Assembly (NCBI RefSeq): GCF_006345805.1
Contig: NC_043021.1
Coordinates: forward strand, 19,096,001 to 19,160,000
DNA from: Octopus sinensis
Lineage: Eukaryota
Direction of reading: 5' to 3'
Length of the DNA stretch: 64,000 nucleotides
The translations under genes and the position numbers were made by a program. The notes beneath the pieces were generated by a model. The model was not told the DNA's origin and did not search any database. It was given only the letters and a program-made list of their open reading frames with translations. Positions 60,722-64,000 of this stretch are shown here, in pieces; within the stretch, counting starts at the first letter, position 1; every line of letters begins with the position of its first letter.

Positions 60722-61300
60722 GAAGGCAGGAAGCTGGCAGAAACGTTAGCATGTCAGACGGAATGCTTAGCGGTATTTCACCTGCCGTTACTGTAATGTT
60801 CTGAGTTCAAATTCCACCGAGGTCGACTTTGCTTTTCATCCTTTCGGGGTCGATTAAATAAGTACCAGTTACGCACTGGGGTTGATATAATCGACTTAAT
60901 CCGTTTGTCTGTCCTTGTTTGTCCTCTCTGTGTTTAGCCCCTTGTGGGTAGTAAAGAAATAAGTATTTCGTTTGCCGTTACACTCTGAGTTCAAATTCTG
61001 CCTAGGTCGACTTTGCCTTTCATCCTTTCGGGGTCGATTAAATAAGTACCAGTTACGCACTGGGTTGATATAATCGACTTAATCCGTTTGTTCTCTCTGT
61101 GTTTAGCCCCTTGTGGGTAGTAAAGAAACAGGTATTTCGTCTGCCGTTACGCTCTGAGTTCAAATTCTGCCAAGGTCGACTTTGCCTTTCATCCTTTCAA
61201 GGTCGATAAATTAAGTACCAGTTACGCACTGGGGTCAATGTAATTGACTTAACCCCTTTGTCTGCACTTGTTTGTCCCCCTGTGGGCAATAAAGAAATAA
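60722..61300 (+). mobile_element. SINE-B trimer (one head, three body units)
   Basis: Body units start near 60790, 60965 and 61132. Confidence 0.9.
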
Positions 61301-61779
61301 GAAACCATGCTCTGGCTTGGTTCCCATGGCTGGATGTTCTCCCCAATGCCAAGCACACTACAGAGTATACTGGGTGCTTTTTTTACATGGCACCAGCATG
61401 GATGCTTTTACATGGCACAGGAACAGGTGCTTTTTTATGTAGCATCAGCATCCACAAGCCTGCAAGGTTAGGAACACTGAGCTGAAATGAGATGTAGGGG
61501 ACATACCTGTATGCAAGGATTAAGTATTTTATTGTTATCACCCCTTCATATTTCCAAAAGTCCTCTTGAATCGATAAAAAATCACTCTTTTTGTCATAGC
61601 AACCACATCTTTATAGCTTACGAATTTTTACCATCGCGGGTCTCATCCTCACCACGCATTTAGTATCCCTGCCAATTTTCAGCTCAATCCTAGCTTCGGT
61701 TTGGCCGCTATTAACCGTCAAAGCAAAATGTGCATACAATTTTCGTCCAAGGACTGTTTTATAGCTATAAATACACACA

Positions 61780-62050
61780 CAGCTCTTCAATATCCTCCCG
61801 AAGAACCTGAGAGACCTGCATGGGGTGGATGCAGATGTCTTTAAAATAAAACTGGATTTCTTCTTGTCAGGTATCCCAGATAAACCAACTTCACGGCAGG
61901 AGGTGCAGATGAGGGCAGCTGCATCGAACTCTCTCATGCACCAAATGGCAATTGCTAAAAAGCATTCGTGAAGTAAAATCATGTAGCAACACCAAATGGC
62001 GGTGCCCCAGCATGGCCACAGCTCATGAGCTGAAACTAGATAAAATAAAT
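61780..62050 (+). mobile_element. CR1/L2-group LINE 3' end sharing its tail with SINE-A
   Basis: QLFNILPKNLRDL...FKIKLDFFLSGIPDKP...RAAASNSLMHQ...* then GGCGGTGCCCCAGCATGGCCACAGCTCATGAGCTGAAAC. Confidence 0.85.
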
Positions 62051-62109
62051 TTAAAAAAACACACACACACACATTAATTGATTATAAAGTCAATGTTTAT
62101 CAAAGCATG

Positions 62110-62295
62110 TTTCGCTTTCAAAATTCAATAGAATCTACAGACAGCATTTAATATTTTTTATGAACACCTGTCTGCAAACTGCTGACCGTTCTGGTCCAGA
62201 CACTGTTGATAATGTGAAGTAAAGCAATTGCAAATATCAAGAAACACTTCATTTTGTACTTGTGGCCATTCTTGTTCAATAGCTGCTTTCAGTTT
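62110..62295 (-). mobile_element. Tc1/mariner transposase C-terminal remnant
   Basis: LKAAIEQEWPQVQNEVFLDICNCFTSHYQQCLDQNGQQF*-type terminus. Confidence 0.55.
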
Positions 62296-62395
62296 GAACT
62301 CAGAATGTAGTAACGGAGGAAACACCACTAAGCATTTCATCCAGCACTCTAAGGATTCTGCCAGCTCATCGCATTAATAATAATAATAATAATAA

Positions 62396-62752
62396 ATCAG
62401 CAAAATGTGGAAACTGAAGACTAAAACAATACCTGTTGTCATAGGTGCCCTGGGAAAGATAGCAATAGGGGCTGATTGCTACCTAACTCAGATACCAGGA
62501 AACCCCAAAATGGCAGAAATTCAAAAGATAGTGCTCATGGGAACAGCTCATATCCTACGCAAAATACTTTCTATGTAATCTCAAGTTTTAAAAGAAACAT
62601 ACTTTTCGGTTTTTTTTTGACATTCACTAGTACAACACTAAATACAAAACCAAATATATGGCACGCTAGGCATAACAACCTGTTGTCTCTTGAGGTCTCT
62701 GGGTAAGACTTGGAGCCAACTTGTACAAATATAAAGCAAAAGTCAAAACAGA

Positions 62753-62753
<1 letters not shown>
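62396..62753 (+). mobile_element. R4/Dong-type RLE retrotransposon 3' end inside (TAA)n
   Basis: ISKMWKLKTKTIPVVIGALG...IQKIVLMGTAHILRKILSM* (stop 62576-62578); (TAA)n on both sides. Confidence 0.85.
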
Positions 62754-62786
<33 letters not shown>

Positions 62787-62834
62787 TGTTTGAGGAAGAG
62801 AGCGTTTTTTTATTACATACATCAACCTTAATTC

Positions 62835-62925
62835 TTACTCTTTTACTCGTTTCAGTCATCTGACTGTGGCCATGCTGGAGCACCGCCTTTAGTTGAACAA
62901 ATCGACCCCCGGACTTATTCTTCTT
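62835..62925 (-). mobile_element. SINE-A tail fragment
   Basis: Family motifs. Confidence 0.75.
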
Positions 62926-63470
62926 GGGAGGAACTTGGTTTTATCAATCTCCTGAGTCGACAAAAAGTGAACTTGACCCAACCTCAACAGAAATTGAACA
63001 CAGAAGGTAAAGCACCAGAATAATTAAAGTGCCTGTAGATGTTACAAACTTCCACTGCCATCATCTCTTAGGTGATCATCGTTCTTCCAGGTAAAAGAGA
63101 GAAAAAAAAGTAACAGGGAGTCTGTTATAATCTTTTGTATTATTTAATTCTTTTATCATCATCATCATCATTGTCGTCATCATCATCATCATCATCAATG
63201 TCATAATCACTATTGCAGAAAGAAAAAAAAAAAACTAAAGATTTGTTTCTCTTCCTGAAAGCTATAAAGACCAAAACAAAAAAAATTGTTTGTTTTTTTC
63301 TAAAAACAGGACATTTTCTAAAATTATTTTCCTTTGATTTTCATCAATTAAATAGAAAAATGTACCCCTATTCCATGTTGAATAATTGTATCGAGGAATA
63401 TTTATATATATTCTCCTTCAGCTGTTTATATTCCCCAAAACCCAGACATACACATACATATATATACATG

Positions 63471-63504
<34 letters not shown>

Positions 63505-63769
63505 TATATATAGATCAAAATGGAGATTGTCAAATTCTTTTATCGTGGGAATACAAAATGCATAAAAAATTCATTGAAATATTAGGTTCCAAGCAATTGA
63601 AACCTATTTAGATGAATTTTTTAATGTATTTTGTATTCCCACGATAAAGGAATTTGACCTACGAAAATCTGTCCTCCACTTTGATCTATGTTATATTTTG
63701 CTCATAGGGAACACTAATTAGGTGTGCTGCAACAAAGGTTTTCCTTTTTTCTTATTATTCTTATTATCT

Positions 63770-63985
63770 GTAAAGGTAATGTGTGACAATTATTTGATAG
63801 CCATCGGATGGCCGGATAACTGAGGAGGTGGCAGCATGGATTTCCACCCCCGGCATCTGAAACTCGGAGTTTTATCATGGCTACCAAATAATTGTCACAT
63901 ATTACTTTTACAGATAAATTCCTCTATTTACATAAATTCGAGGTCTCCTTCATTCTTTTGTTATCTTACCATTTTTATCAATATA
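63770..63985 (+). mobile_element. Solo PLE terminal repeat, same family as 20401-20570
   Basis: cagataaattcctctatttacataa...gaggtctc...cttttgttatcttac...tttatca matches the reverse complement of 20401-20470. Confidence 0.8.
63798..63883 (+). ncRNA. Hammerhead ribozyme, canonical core
   Basis: TAGCCA...GATAA-CTGAGGA-GGTG...CATC-T-GAAA-CTCGGAG-TT-TTATC-A-TGGCTA. Confidence 0.72.
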
Positions 63986-64000
63986 TATATATATATGTAT

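Noticed and set aside
59625-60752. 200-300-aa Cys/Val- or His/Thr-rich ORFs
   Set aside because: Translations of (TG)n and (CAT)n tracts. The same applies to all [12 protein letters not shown], poly-I/M/L ORFs in the track.

Overview
Repeat-dense animal genomic DNA; the SINE, LINE and microsatellite repertoire points to an Octopus (coleoid cephalopod) genome, which is inference from recalled repeat families. I can build one protein-coding gene, on the + strand, from three GT-AG-joined, phase-compatible coding exons (7596-8363, 49028-49217, 51335-54486; 4110 nt, 1369 aa). It encodes an orphan class-A 7TM receptor resembling GPR153/GPR162, with a ~1070-aa low-complexity cytoplasmic tail that contains a polyproline tract and ends in a PDZ-type motif (-KTIV). 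Its 40.7-kb first intron and the flanks hold four tRNA-derived SINE families (called A-D here), RTE/CR1/RLE LINE fragments, nested DNA-transposon MITEs, one Penelope-like element (PLE) and many short PLE-type terminal-repeat remnants lodged in (TA)n tracts. The most striking non-coding signal is about ten type-I hammerhead ribozyme motifs from at least five unrelated sequence families. Several have non-canonical cores (U3-A8 swap, U4C, extra nucleotide beside stem II) and four lie sense to the receptor pre-mRNA. Almost all short ORFs in the supplied track are microsatellite or repeat artefacts. Repeat boundaries are approximate unless a target-site duplication (TSD) is quoted. No computation or database search was run.
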